From assembly GCA_902595125.1 (NCBI GenBank), contig CACJOY010000005.1, forward strand, positions 2,433 through 66,432: DNA of 64,000 nt, written 5' to 3'. Position numbers and translations under genes: made by a program. This DNA comes from an uncultured Pelagibacteraceae bacterium. GTDB taxonomy: Bacteria > Pseudomonadota > Alphaproteobacteria > Pelagibacterales > Pelagibacteraceae. How positions within the stretch are numbered: position 1 is the first letter of the stretch; every line of letters starts with the position of its first letter. Shown one piece after another: positions 29,237 to 37,603 of the stretch. The notes beneath the pieces were generated by a model. It was not told the DNA's origin. It saw only the letters and a list, made by a program, of their open reading frames with translations, and searched no databases.

Positions 29237-30937
29237 ATGCAATTAAGTAGAATAAACAGTTTAGTAGAACTTTTTTTTACAAAGTATAAAGAAATAGATT
29301 CAGTTTCTGAAAAACCATTTTTAAAATGGTTAAAAGAAAATGAAAAAGATTTTTTAACTTGGCAACAAGTTGCATCAAAAATTCAAATTTTATCTGAACA
29401 TTTAAGAACAAAGTTGAATAAAGGAGACCGGTGCATCTTATTATCTGAAAATCGACCTGAATGGCTTATCTCTGATATATCAATAATGAATGCAGGTGGT
29501 GTCACGGTACCATTGTTTACAACTTATTCAGAGAAAGACTATGAGTACATTATTAATGATTGTAAGCCAAAAATTTGTATCGTCTCTAATGAAATCCAAT
29601 TAAAAAAAATTGAAAAATTTATCTCTGATGAGATTAAAGTTTTATCCATTGAAAACTTAAATGAAAGAGTTGAGAATATAGAAAATATTTTTAATGAACA
29701 TTCAAAAAAAAATAAATCAAATCCTCATATTAGTTTTAATCAAAATCTTGAAAGAAAAGATCTTGCTTGCATCATTTATACATCTGGCACAACTGGCAAT
29801 CCTAAAGGAGTAATGCTTAGTCATGGAGGAATTTTATCAAATTGTGAAGGTGCTCAAGAAATATTAAATCAATTAGTTCAAAATAGTGAACCTACTTTTT
29901 TGACATGGTTACCGTTATCTCATTCATATGAGCATGCAGTTCAATTTGTTCAAATTTCGCTTGGTGCAAAAATTTATTATGCTGAAAGTCTAGAGAAGTT
30001 GTTATCAAATATGTCTATTGCAAAACCTACAATTATGACAGCTGTCCCAAGATTTTATCAAAATTTATACAGCAAAATTTCAATTAATTTTTCAAAACAG
30101 AAAGGTTTCAAAAAAAAATTGATTTCATCCACGATTTCACTCGGAATTAAAAAACTTAATAATGAGAATTTAGCATTTAGAGAAAAATTGATTAATTTCT
30201 TTTGTGAAAAACTAGTAAGAAAAAAGATTAAAAATCAGTTCGGTGGAAAACTAAAGGCCTTTGTATCTGGGGGTGGCGCCTTAGACCAAAAAATTGGAGA
30301 ATTTTTAAACGCTATAGGATTACCCACTCTTCAAGGTTACGGCCTTACCGAGGCCTCACCTGTTGTGAGCTGTAATATTCCTGGAAAAATCAGAATCGAC
30401 ACAGTTGGGCCTCCTTTTAAAACAAACCAGGTAAATATAGCTGAAGATGGTGAAATTTTAGTAAAAGGTGAAAATGTCATGCTTGGTTATTGGAATATGA
30501 AAAAAGAGACATCTGATGTCATAATAGATGGCTGGTTGCATACTGGTGACATTGGAGAGATCACTGAAGATGGAAATTTAAAAATCACTGATAGAAAAAA
30601 AGAAATAATAGTTAGTCTTGGTGGAGATAACATTTCACCATCTAAAATTGAAAATTTATTATGTTTAAATGAAAAAATTAAACAAAGTTTTGTTTATGGA
30701 GATAAGAAAACTTATTTGGTAGCGTTGATTGTTACTGAAAGTACAGAAAATAGAAAAGAAATTGAAATTTTTTTAGAAAATTTAAATAAAACTTTATCTT
30801 TAGTAGAAAAAGTTAAAAAATTTAAATTAATTAAAGAAGAATTTTCAATTGAAAATGGAATGTTAACACCAACATTAAAATTAAAAAGAAAAAAAATTTT
30901 AGAAAAATATAAAGAAGATTTAGAAAAACTTTATTAA
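29237..30937 (+). CDS. fadD: Long-chain fatty acid-CoA ligase (AMP-binding)
   Basis: IIYTSGTTGNPKGVMLSH, LPLSHSYE, QGYGLTE, WLHTGDIG, TPTLKLKR. Confidence 0.9.
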   Translation: MQLSRINSLVELFFTKYKEIDSVSEKPFLKWLKENEKDFLTWQQVASKIQILSEHLRTKLNKGDRCILLSENRPEWLISDISIMNAGGVTVPLFTTYSEKDYEYIINDCKPKICIVSNEIQLKKIEKFISDEIKVLSIENLNERVENIENIFNEHSKKNKSNPHISFNQNLERKDLACIIYTSGTTGNPKGVMLSHGGILSNCEGAQEILNQLVQNSEPTFLTWLPLSHSYEHAVQFVQISLGAKIYYAESLEKLLSNMSIAKPTIMTAVPRFYQNLYSKISINFSKQKGFKKKLISSTISLGIKKLNNENLAFREKLINFFCEKLVRKKIKNQFGGKLKAFVSGGGALDQKIGEFLNAIGLPTLQGYGLTEASPVVSCNIPGKIRIDTVGPPFKTNQVNIAEDGEILVKGENVMLGYWNMKKETSDVIIDGWLHTGDIGEITEDGNLKITDRKKEIIVSLGGDNISPSKIENLLCLNEKIKQSFVYGDKKTYLVALIVTESTENRKEIEIFLENLNKTLSLVEKVKKFKLIKEEFSIENGMLTPTLKLKRKKILEKYKEDLEKLY

Positions 30938-31053
30938 TTCAAGTTGAAATTTGATTATAAAGCGCATAAACATTAACTTTTTTTAACATTTAATTAAAAA
31001 AAATAATTAATCAATTAATTTTTTTTTATAAAATTTTTCTTTTAATTAAAGAA

Positions 31054-31082
31054 TTGACATAACGTGTATAAAAAAATAAAAA
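31054..31082 (+). promoter_or_regulatory. Putative promoter of the small basic peptide gene
   Basis: Perfect TTGACA, 17-nt spacer, TAAAAA; preceded by a long A/T tract (UP-element-like). Confidence 0.6.
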
Positions 31083-31134
31083 TAACATAACAGCGAATCA
31101 ATTTGATTCGTTTAACTAAAAAAGGGAGCTAAAG

Positions 31135-31212
31135 ATGCCTAAGAGAAGAAAAAAAGCAAAGAAAGCTAAGAAAAAAGCTAAGAAAAAAGCTAAGAAAAGA
31201 AGAAGAAGATAA
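31135..31212 (+). CDS. 25-aa Lys/Arg/Ala-rich peptide MPKRRKKAKKAKKKAKKKAKKRRRR; not in ORF track
   Basis: Hand translation; Shine-Dalgarno AGGGAG at 31123-31128, upstream promoter and downstream terminator; internal 12-bp repeat AAGAAAAAAGCT. Confidence 0.72.
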   Translation: MPKRRKKAKKAKKKAKKKAKKRRRR

Positions 31213-31231
31213 TAACTTAGTATTCTTTATT

Positions 31232-31274
31232 AAAAACGCTTCTCATAACGTAAAGTGTGAGAGGCGTTTTTTTT
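31232..31274. terminator. Bidirectional rho-independent terminator between the small peptide gene and convergent carD
   Basis: AAAAACGCTTCTCATA...TGTGAGAGGCGTTTTTTTT: long stem with G-U pairs flanked by A and T tracts. Confidence 0.85.
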
Positions 31275-32169
31275 ATTCCTCTAAAGGTGTTTCATTATCT
31301 GTTTCCGCCTCAGTAATCGTATCTTCCACTTGAGGCAAGTTAGATGCTGAAGGTTTTGTTGATGGAGATGTTTTAGGTTGATCCACTAAGTTTCTTTTTA
31401 AGGCTTTGTCTAACTTTTTCTGGGTATCCTCTAAAGATATATTAAGTATAATTTGAAATTCTGATAATATTCTCTCATAAGCTTTTTCAAAAAGTTGTCT
31501 TTCACTATAAGATTGATCAACCATTAGATCATCACCTTTATTTAGGTCTCTCACCACCTCTGCAAGTTCATAAATTTTACCCGATGAGATCTTTGCTTCA
31601 TATTCTTGTGCCCTTCTACTCCACATAGATCTTTTTATTTTTGGTTTGCTTTTAAGAATAGAGATACATTTATTAACTTGGTTAATAGTTGCTAAGTGAC
31701 GAAGATGAGACTGTTTATTTACTGGAACCATTCCATTAGCTTTATCTTTTTCAAATTTTATAACATATGTTTCAACATCAATCCCACCAATGTTGATTTT
31801 TTTAAATTCTGTAATTTGACCCACACCATGTTTGGGGTATACAATGTAATCTTTTACTTTATATTCCCTCTTTTCTGTTTCTTGTTTTTTTACTTTTTTT
31901 ATTTCTGGCTTTATTTCGTTACTTTTTGAAATTCTTAGATTGTCTGTTTTTGTATCTGATTTAGTCTCAGCTTTATTTAACTGTTTTTTAATCTTATTTT
32001 TTTTAACTTTAGATTTTATTATTTTTTTTGACTTTTTTAGTAAAACTTTATTAGGATTTGATTTTGGTTTTTTAATTACTTTTTTTTTAACTTTTTTTAT
32101 TGTTTTTTTTTTAAATGTTTTCTTTAAAATACTTTTTAAACTTATCTTGCTCATCTTTATATTTTTCAT
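31273..32169 (-). CDS. carD: CarD/CdnL transcription factor with long Lys-rich N-terminal extension
   Basis: Core domain [41 protein letters not shown]. Exact start uncertain (32169 or 32154). Confidence 0.9.
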   Translation of the reverse strand: MKNIKMSKISLKSILKKTFKKKTIKKVKKKVIKKPKSNPNKVLLKKSKKIIKSKVKKNKIKKQLNKAETKSDTKTDNLRISKSNEIKPEIKKVKKQETEKREYKVKDYIVYPKHGVGQITEFKKINIGGIDVETYVIKFEKDKANGMVPVNKQSHLRHLATINQVNKCISILKSKPKIKRSMWSRRAQEYEAKISSGKIYELAEVVRDLNKGDDLMVDQSYSERQLFEKAYERILSEFQIILNISLEDTQKKLDKALKRNLVDQPKTSPSTKPSASNLPQVEDTITEAETDNETPLEE

Positions 32170-32437
32170 GATCCGCTGGAGGATCTTTTTTTTCAGTTAT
32201 ATTTGGCCAGATTTCAGAATAATTTTTATTCAATTCTAACCATTTTTCGCTTCCAGGTTCTGTGTCAGCTTTGATTGCATCAACAGGGCACTCCGGTTCA
32301 CAAACGCCACAATCTATACACTCATCAGGCTTAATTACAAGCATATTTTTTCCTTCGTAGAAACAGTCTACTGGACATACATCAACGCAATCCATCAATT
32401 TACATTTAATACAATTTTGATTTACTAAATAAGTCAT
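32111..32437 (-). CDS. fdxA: 7Fe/8Fe ferredoxin (FdxA type)
   Basis: [20 protein letters not shown]...[15 protein letters not shown]. Confidence 0.96.
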   Translation of the reverse strand: MTYLVNQNCIKCKLMDCVDVCPVDCFYEGKNMLVIKPDECIDCGVCEPECPVDAIKADTEPGSEKWLELNKNYSEIWPNITEKKDPPADHEKYKDEQDKFKKYFKENI

Positions 32438-32850
32438 TAAGAATATTCATTCCTAATTTTAGTTTTAATATTACCCATCACATCACTGTCTATATATAAT
32501 AAACCTGCAAGTTTCCTCATTAAACTTGTCTCATATACATCTGCTTCATTGTTCGAATAAACTATTCTCCATAAATTCTCTACTATCTCAATTTTTTTTT
32601 GATAATTCATGTTTTTAACTTCTTTTGTAAAATCTAATATTTGATTTGAGTCTTCTTCAATTTTTTTTCCTTTCTCTAAAATTTCATTTATATCCTCATT
32701 TTTAGCACCAATCTTAATTAAAGTTTGTTTAATGATTTCAGCCTCTTTATTTGAGTAGTTTTCGTCAATTTTAGCAGCATGTATTAGTAGTGCTGCAACA
32801 TTTATAAAATGTTTGTTTCCATTTTTATCTAAACTTTTATTAAAAAACAT
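32437..32850 (-). CDS. TerB-family (tellurite resistance-like) protein
   Basis: [36 protein letters not shown]. Confidence 0.85.
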   Translation of the reverse strand: MFFNKSLDKNGNKHFINVAALLIHAAKIDENYSNKEAEIIKQTLIKIGAKNEDINEILEKGKKIEEDSNQILDFTKEVKNMNYQKKIEIVENLWRIVYSNNEADVYETSLMRKLAGLLYIDSDVMGNIKTKIRNEYS

Positions 32851-32855
32851 TCTTG

Positions 32856-35336
32856 TTAATTAAAATTTAAGTTTTTTAAAATCCCAAAAGGACTTTCTTT
32901 ATTGTTTTTTTTATTAAATACTTTTTTATTTATTTTTTTTGGTGAATACTTAAAAAATATTTCGTCTTTTTTTTCAGAAATTTTATAATTCATATTTTTT
33001 AAAACTTTTTTAAAACTTTCCTTATTACAACCAAGTAAATTTAACATCTCTGGTATCATTTTAATTTCTTTGTCTTTTTTTGGATTCGAATTGATAATTT
33101 GTACAAACAATCTTTCTAAAATGTCAATTCTCACATAGTAATTATCAAATTTTTCAAAACCACATAACAACATAAAATTTTTATTTTTGAAATTACTATC
33201 TTTCAAAAAATTTAGTCCAAAAGTTGGTGGTTTTAAATCAAAGTTTTTTTGTTGGAAGTTTTTCCAAAGTAATGTCCTTAACGAAACAGCCTCAGGTTTG
33301 ATAAGTCTGTGTAAAAAAACGTGATATCTTCCAAACTTTACACCCAAATCTCTTAAAATTTTTCTTTCATTTTGTTCGAGATTTTTAAGATAATCTGAAA
33401 CCTGTTCTCTTTTGAGAACGCCATTATTTTCATATAGTTGATAAGCTAAAGCTTTAATCGATGAATTCTTTTCTTTTAGATTTTTTAAATCTAAAAGACT
33501 CTTTAAAATTATCTCTATCTTATTTTTAATCCATTTTTCTAAAAAAATTATTAGTTTTTGTTTTTGTTCTTGTTCTAAAATATCGTCAATTATTAATTCA
33601 AGGTTTGGATTTAAATAGTCTTTACCAGGTGTTAATTTTCCAATTGCAAACTTGTTCCAATATATTTTAAAGTCATCTTTTAATTCAACTAAACCAGTGT
33701 TGATAATAATTTGAATTCTTCTTTCAAGTTCTGGACCAACAGTTTGTCTTGCTGCTTTTTTAAGAGATTTGATATCAGTTTCTAAAGCACCTTTTTTTAG
33801 ATCAAGTTCTAATTTAAGTCCGTTGATTTTCCCTATAAATTGATTGTCAATCATTACCTCATTATTTTCTAAAATCTTTGTGTTAAATTCCATATCTTGT
33901 TTTAAACCCCTAGCTAAAACGCTTGCTCTTTTATCAATAAAGGTTTTTGTAAGTTCTTCATGCAGTCTATCTGAGAGTTTATCTTCTAATAATTTTGTTT
34001 TTTCAATCCAATAATTTTGATTTTCTATCCAGTTATTTTTATTTGAAACATAAGACCAAGTTCGCACATTTGCAATTCTATTTGATAAAGAATCTACATT
34101 ACCCTCTAATTTATCTAATTTTACTAGCTGTAATCGCATAAAATCATCACTTATTTTACTTTTTTCACTATTTAAAAATTTAAATACATTTCCAATTACA
34201 TCGTAATGGTTTCCGTATGTTTTCTTTACAAAGTCAGGGATTTGACAACATTCCCATAGTAAACTCAGTTTATGTTTATCAAATTTGATATTTTCTAAAT
34301 TTTTATCCCTTAAAAAAAATTTAAGTGCTTTTTCATCTTCGCATTCATTTATTTTTCTTAACCAATCTTTGTCTGGTCGTTCATCTAAAGATTTTATTAA
34401 TGCTGATGGATTGTTAAAATTTAAATTTGTATTTCGCCAATAAAGAAATTGAATTTCCTCAAATTTATGATTTTCAAGTAGATCAACGTCTTCGGCATTA
34501 ATTTCTTTACATTGTCCTGTAATTCCAAAACTTCCATCATTTAAGTATCTCCCCGCTCTTCCAGCAATCTGTCCAATCTCAGACAAATTCAATTTTCTTA
34601 GTTTTCTTCCATCAAATTTTTTTAGGTTTGAAAAATAGACATGACTCAGGTCCATATTTATACCCATTCCAATAGCATCTGTTGCAACCAAAAAATCAAC
34701 ATCACCTGATTGATATAATTCAACTTGGGCATTACGTGTTTTGGGACTTAAAGATCCCATGACAATTGCTGCACCACCTTTTTGTCTTCTTATCAGCTCT
34801 GCTATCGCATAAACTTCCTCAGCCGAGAAAGCGATTATTGCTGTTTTACGGTCTATTCTAGAAATTTTTTTGTGACCAGCATAGGAAAGTTTTGATAATC
34901 TATTCCTATTTATAAACTCTATATCATCATCTAATTTAGAGATTATATTTTTAATCGTATTTGATCCCATGAACATCGTTAATTTTGTTCCTCTCATATT
35001 AATTAATCTATCAGTAAATATGTGTCCACGTTCATGATCGGCGCACATCTGTATTTCATCAACACCTACAAAATCAAGATGTTTATCTATTGGCATAGAC
35101 TCAACAGTACATAAGAAATACTTTGCATTAGGTGGAATAATTTTTTCCTCTCCAGTGATCAGAGCAACATTATCTATACTTATTTGTTTAACAACCTTAT
35201 CATAAACTTCCCGTGCTAGTAACCTAAGAGGGAAACCAATCATCCCACTGTCAAAAGAAAGCATTGTTTCTATGGCCAGATGAGTTTTTCCAGTATTAGT
35301 TGGTCCAAGAACAGCAGTAATTTTATTTTTAATCAT
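32856..35336 (-). CDS. Suv3/MgpS-like SF2 helicase
   Basis: LGPTNTGKT, PLRLLAREVY, VDEIQM, ATDAIGMG.N, QIAGRAGR; upstream of fdxA-carD as in other Alphaproteobacteria. Confidence 0.9.
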   Translation of the reverse strand: MIKNKITAVLGPTNTGKTHLAIETMLSFDSGMIGFPLRLLAREVYDKVVKQISIDNVALITGEEKIIPPNAKYFLCTVESMPIDKHLDFVGVDEIQMCADHERGHIFTDRLINMRGTKLTMFMGSNTIKNIISKLDDDIEFINRNRLSKLSYAGHKKISRIDRKTAIIAFSAEEVYAIAELIRRQKGGAAIVMGSLSPKTRNAQVELYQSGDVDFLVATDAIGMGINMDLSHVYFSNLKKFDGRKLRKLNLSEIGQIAGRAGRYLNDGSFGITGQCKEINAEDVDLLENHKFEEIQFLYWRNTNLNFNNPSALIKSLDERPDKDWLRKINECEDEKALKFFLRDKNLENIKFDKHKLSLLWECCQIPDFVKKTYGNHYDVIGNVFKFLNSEKSKISDDFMRLQLVKLDKLEGNVDSLSNRIANVRTWSYVSNKNNWIENQNYWIEKTKLLEDKLSDRLHEELTKTFIDKRASVLARGLKQDMEFNTKILENNEVMIDNQFIGKINGLKLELDLKKGALETDIKSLKKAARQTVGPELERRIQIIINTGLVELKDDFKIYWNKFAIGKLTPGKDYLNPNLELIIDDILEQEQKQKLIIFLEKWIKNKIEIILKSLLDLKNLKEKNSSIKALAYQLYENNGVLKREQVSDYLKNLEQNERKILRDLGVKFGRYHVFLHRLIKPEAVSLRTLLWKNFQQKNFDLKPPTFGLNFLKDSNFKNKNFMLLCGFEKFDNYYVRIDILERLFVQIINSNPKKDKEIKMIPEMLNLLGCNKESFKKVLKNMNYKISEKKDEIFFKYSPKKINKKVFNKKNNKESPFGILKNLNFN

Positions 35337-35547
35337 TTCTATCTTTGGTATATATTTATTTTTACATACCAGATATTGTTAGTCCTAAAGAACAAAAATG
35401 GACTAAAACATGACCGAATCGGACAGTAAAAAGTTCTCATTTACAAAAAAAACAAAGCTTACTTTATCACAATTAGAAATATTTCTATAATAATTATTCT
35501 AAAAAATATGAGCCTTTAATTGTTGTAGGCACAAAATAATAAAAATT

Positions 35548-35952
35548 CTAAGTTTTGATTTTTAATATTTTCCAAACACCAGAAGCAGAAGTTATAATTT
35601 TATTGTTACATTTTAGCTCACAAAATAAAAAGACAAGTGTTTTAGTTTTTTTTAAAATTTTAACATTTCCAATAATTTCATCGCCGATTTTAGACGCTCC
35701 TATAAATTTTAAATCTAAAGAGATTGTTACACATGGTGAATTTTCTGCTGATCTATGAGCTGCGGTACCAGCTCCTGCATCCACTAATGCTGATAAATAA
35801 CCTCCATGAGTAATTCCTGCAGCATTGAGATGATTTTCATTTATAGTAGACTTAAATTCATATTCATTATCAGAAACGTTTCTAAACAAAACACCTCCAT
35901 TATGCATCATGAAACCTGGCTTTAAACTAATTTGTTCAAATTTATCAGACAT
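35548..35952 (-). CDS. PaaI-family thioesterase
   Basis: HLNAAGITHGGYL.ALVD.GAG hotdog-fold motif. Confidence 0.9.
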   Translation of the reverse strand: MSDKFEQISLKPGFMMHNGGVLFRNVSDNEYEFKSTINENHLNAAGITHGGYLSALVDAGAGTAAHRSAENSPCVTISLDLKFIGASKIGDEIIGNVKILKKTKTLVFLFCELKCNNKIITSASGVWKILKIKT

Positions 35953-35958
35953 ATTTTT

Positions 35959-36057
35959 TTATAATATAAAAGTTAAGATTAATAAAATAATAAAAATAAT
36001 TATAAAAAAATATATTACTGACATTTGTAGAGATGATTTAAAAAGCCAATTTAACAT
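35959..36057 (-). CDS. Candidate 32-aa single-pass membrane microprotein; not in ORF track
   Basis: MLNWLFKSSLQMSVIYFFIIIFIILLILTFIL*, with AAGGA Shine-Dalgarno 7 nt upstream; fills the gap between tRNA-Arg and the PaaI gene. Confidence 0.45.
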   Translation of the reverse strand: MLNWLFKSSLQMSVIYFFIIIFIILLILTFIL

Positions 36058-36070
36058 TTTTTTCCTTATA

Positions 36071-36147
36071 TGGCGCGCCTGCTAGGAGTCGAACCCAGAA
36101 CCTCCTGGTCCGTAGCCAAGCGCTCTATCCAGTTGAGCTACAGGCGC
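36071..36147 (-). tRNA. tRNA-Arg (ACG)
   Basis: Reverse complement GCGCCTGTAGCTCAACTGGATAGAGCGCTTGGCTACGGACCAGGAGGTTCTGGGTTCGACTCCTAGCAGGCGCGCCA. Confidence 0.97.
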
Positions 36148-36220
36148 ATATTATAATTTTATTTAATTATATTATATGTAATTTTTAGTGTATTTTGTGA
36201 AGAAGACAAATTTAAATTTT

Positions 36221-37396
36221 ATGAAAAAACAGTTTAATGAAGTAGTGATAGTTGGAGCAGCAAGAACACCGATAGGCGCGTATAAAGGTGCATATAAAGA
36301 TATTAAAGCTCATTCACTTGGTTCGTTTGTAATTAAAGAGGTTCTTAAAAGAAGTAATATTTTACAAGATGAAGTTGATGAAGTAATTATGGGACAAGTT
36401 TTGACTGCAGGCTCTGGTCAAAATCCAGCGAGACAAGCCGCTATAAGTGCAAATATTCCTATTTCTAAACCTGCTCATATCGTAAATCAAGTTTGTGGAT
36501 CGGGGTTACGAGCTGTAATTTCTGGATATCAGTCGATTAAATTAGGAGAAATTAAAACAGTTGTTGTAGGTGGTCAAGAAAATATGTCAATAGCACCGCA
36601 TTCAATTCTTTTTAGGTATGGGAAAAAAATTTCTGAAAATGAGTTAGTGGATACAATGATTTATGATGGTTTAATTGATGCATTTAATAATTATCACATG
36701 GGTGTAACAGCAGAAAATGTTGCAGAAAAATTTAAAATAACAAGAGAAAAACAAGATATATTTGCATTAGACTCACAAACGAAAACTCAAATTGCAATTA
36801 ACAAAAATAAATTTGACGAAGAAATAGTCCCAATTAATCATAATGGAAAAATCATTAAAAGAGATGAACATCCAAGAATTAATTTAAATATTTCTGATTT
36901 AAAAAAACTTAAAACTGTCTTTAAGAAAAATGGAACAGTCACACCAGGTAACTCATCGGGAATTAATGATGGATCGGCAGCATTATTACTTATGACACAT
37001 GATGAAGCTGAAAAAAAATCTATTGAACCATTAGCAAAAATAATATCATGGGCTTCAGTTGGTGTTGAACCATCACTAATGGGATTAGGACCTATCGGAG
37101 CTGTCAAAAAAGCCATCAAAAAAGCTAATTGGAAAATAGATGAGATAGATCTTTTTGAAATTAATGAGGCATTTGCAGCGCAAAGTATTGCAGTCATAAA
37201 TGAACTTAAAATTGATAAAAATAAAGTTAATGTAAATGGCGGTGCTATTGCTCTAGGTCATCCTATTGGAGCCTCAGGGGCAAGAATTTTAGTTACACTT
37301 TTACATGAAATGAAAAAACAAAATAAAAAAAAAGGCTGTGCCACCTTATGTATAGGCGGTGGAATGGGCATAGCTCTATGTGTTGAAAGAGATTAA
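36221..37396 (+). CDS. atoB: Acetyl-CoA C-acetyltransferase (thiolase)
   Basis: GQNPARQAA, NQVCGSG, NSSGINDGSA, NEAFAAQ, GHPIGASG, LCIGGGMG. Start placed at ATG 36221. Confidence 0.92.
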   Translation: MKKQFNEVVIVGAARTPIGAYKGAYKDIKAHSLGSFVIKEVLKRSNILQDEVDEVIMGQVLTAGSGQNPARQAAISANIPISKPAHIVNQVCGSGLRAVISGYQSIKLGEIKTVVVGGQENMSIAPHSILFRYGKKISENELVDTMIYDGLIDAFNNYHMGVTAENVAEKFKITREKQDIFALDSQTKTQIAINKNKFDEEIVPINHNGKIIKRDEHPRINLNISDLKKLKTVFKKNGTVTPGNSSGINDGSAALLLMTHDEAEKKSIEPLAKIISWASVGVEPSLMGLGPIGAVKKAIKKANWKIDEIDLFEINEAFAAQSIAVINELKIDKNKVNVNGGAIALGHPIGASGARILVTLLHEMKKQNKKKGCATLCIGGGMGIALCVERD

Positions 37397-37509
37397 GAAT
37401 TTATTTTTTTGAACTTTTCTTTTAATAAAATCTTTTGTATCCAAGTTTTAGCATCTATGCAGTTACTAATTTTTGGTTGAATAAGGGAATATAATAACTT
37501 TTTAAACAT
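37393..37509 (-). CDS. Possible 38-aa ORF convergent with thiolase
   Basis: MFKKLLYSLIQPKISNCIDAKTWIQKILLKKKFKKINS*; TTAA stop-stop overlap like real convergent pairs in this window; no clear RBS or homology. Confidence 0.25.
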   Translation of the reverse strand: MFKKLLYSLIQPKISNCIDAKTWIQKILLKEKFKKINS

Positions 37510-37603
37510 ATAAATATTTTTAAATTTAAGAATGTCCAAAAATTGATCAGATTGTGTTAAAATTTGCAATTTACTTCAATTTTTTGGTGTATAACATACT
37601 AAA

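Noticed and set aside
31135-31212. CRISPR array or non-coding microsatellite reading of the AAGAAAAAAGCT repeats
   Set aside because: There are no spacers, and the repeats are in frame within an ORF that has an SD, promoter and terminator.
32437-32850. TerB as a tellurite-resistance or anti-phage ter cluster
   Set aside because: Single TerB-family gene with no other ter genes, in a housekeeping neighbourhood.
35390-35404. Alphaproteobacterial LexA box (GAAC-N7-GAAC) before the helicase
   Set aside because: The second half-site reads GACT; the match is too poor.
29148-36147. tRNA-Leu and tRNA-Arg as prophage or island integration sites
   Set aside because: No integrase, no duplicated tRNA 3' end seen, and the neighbours are core genes.
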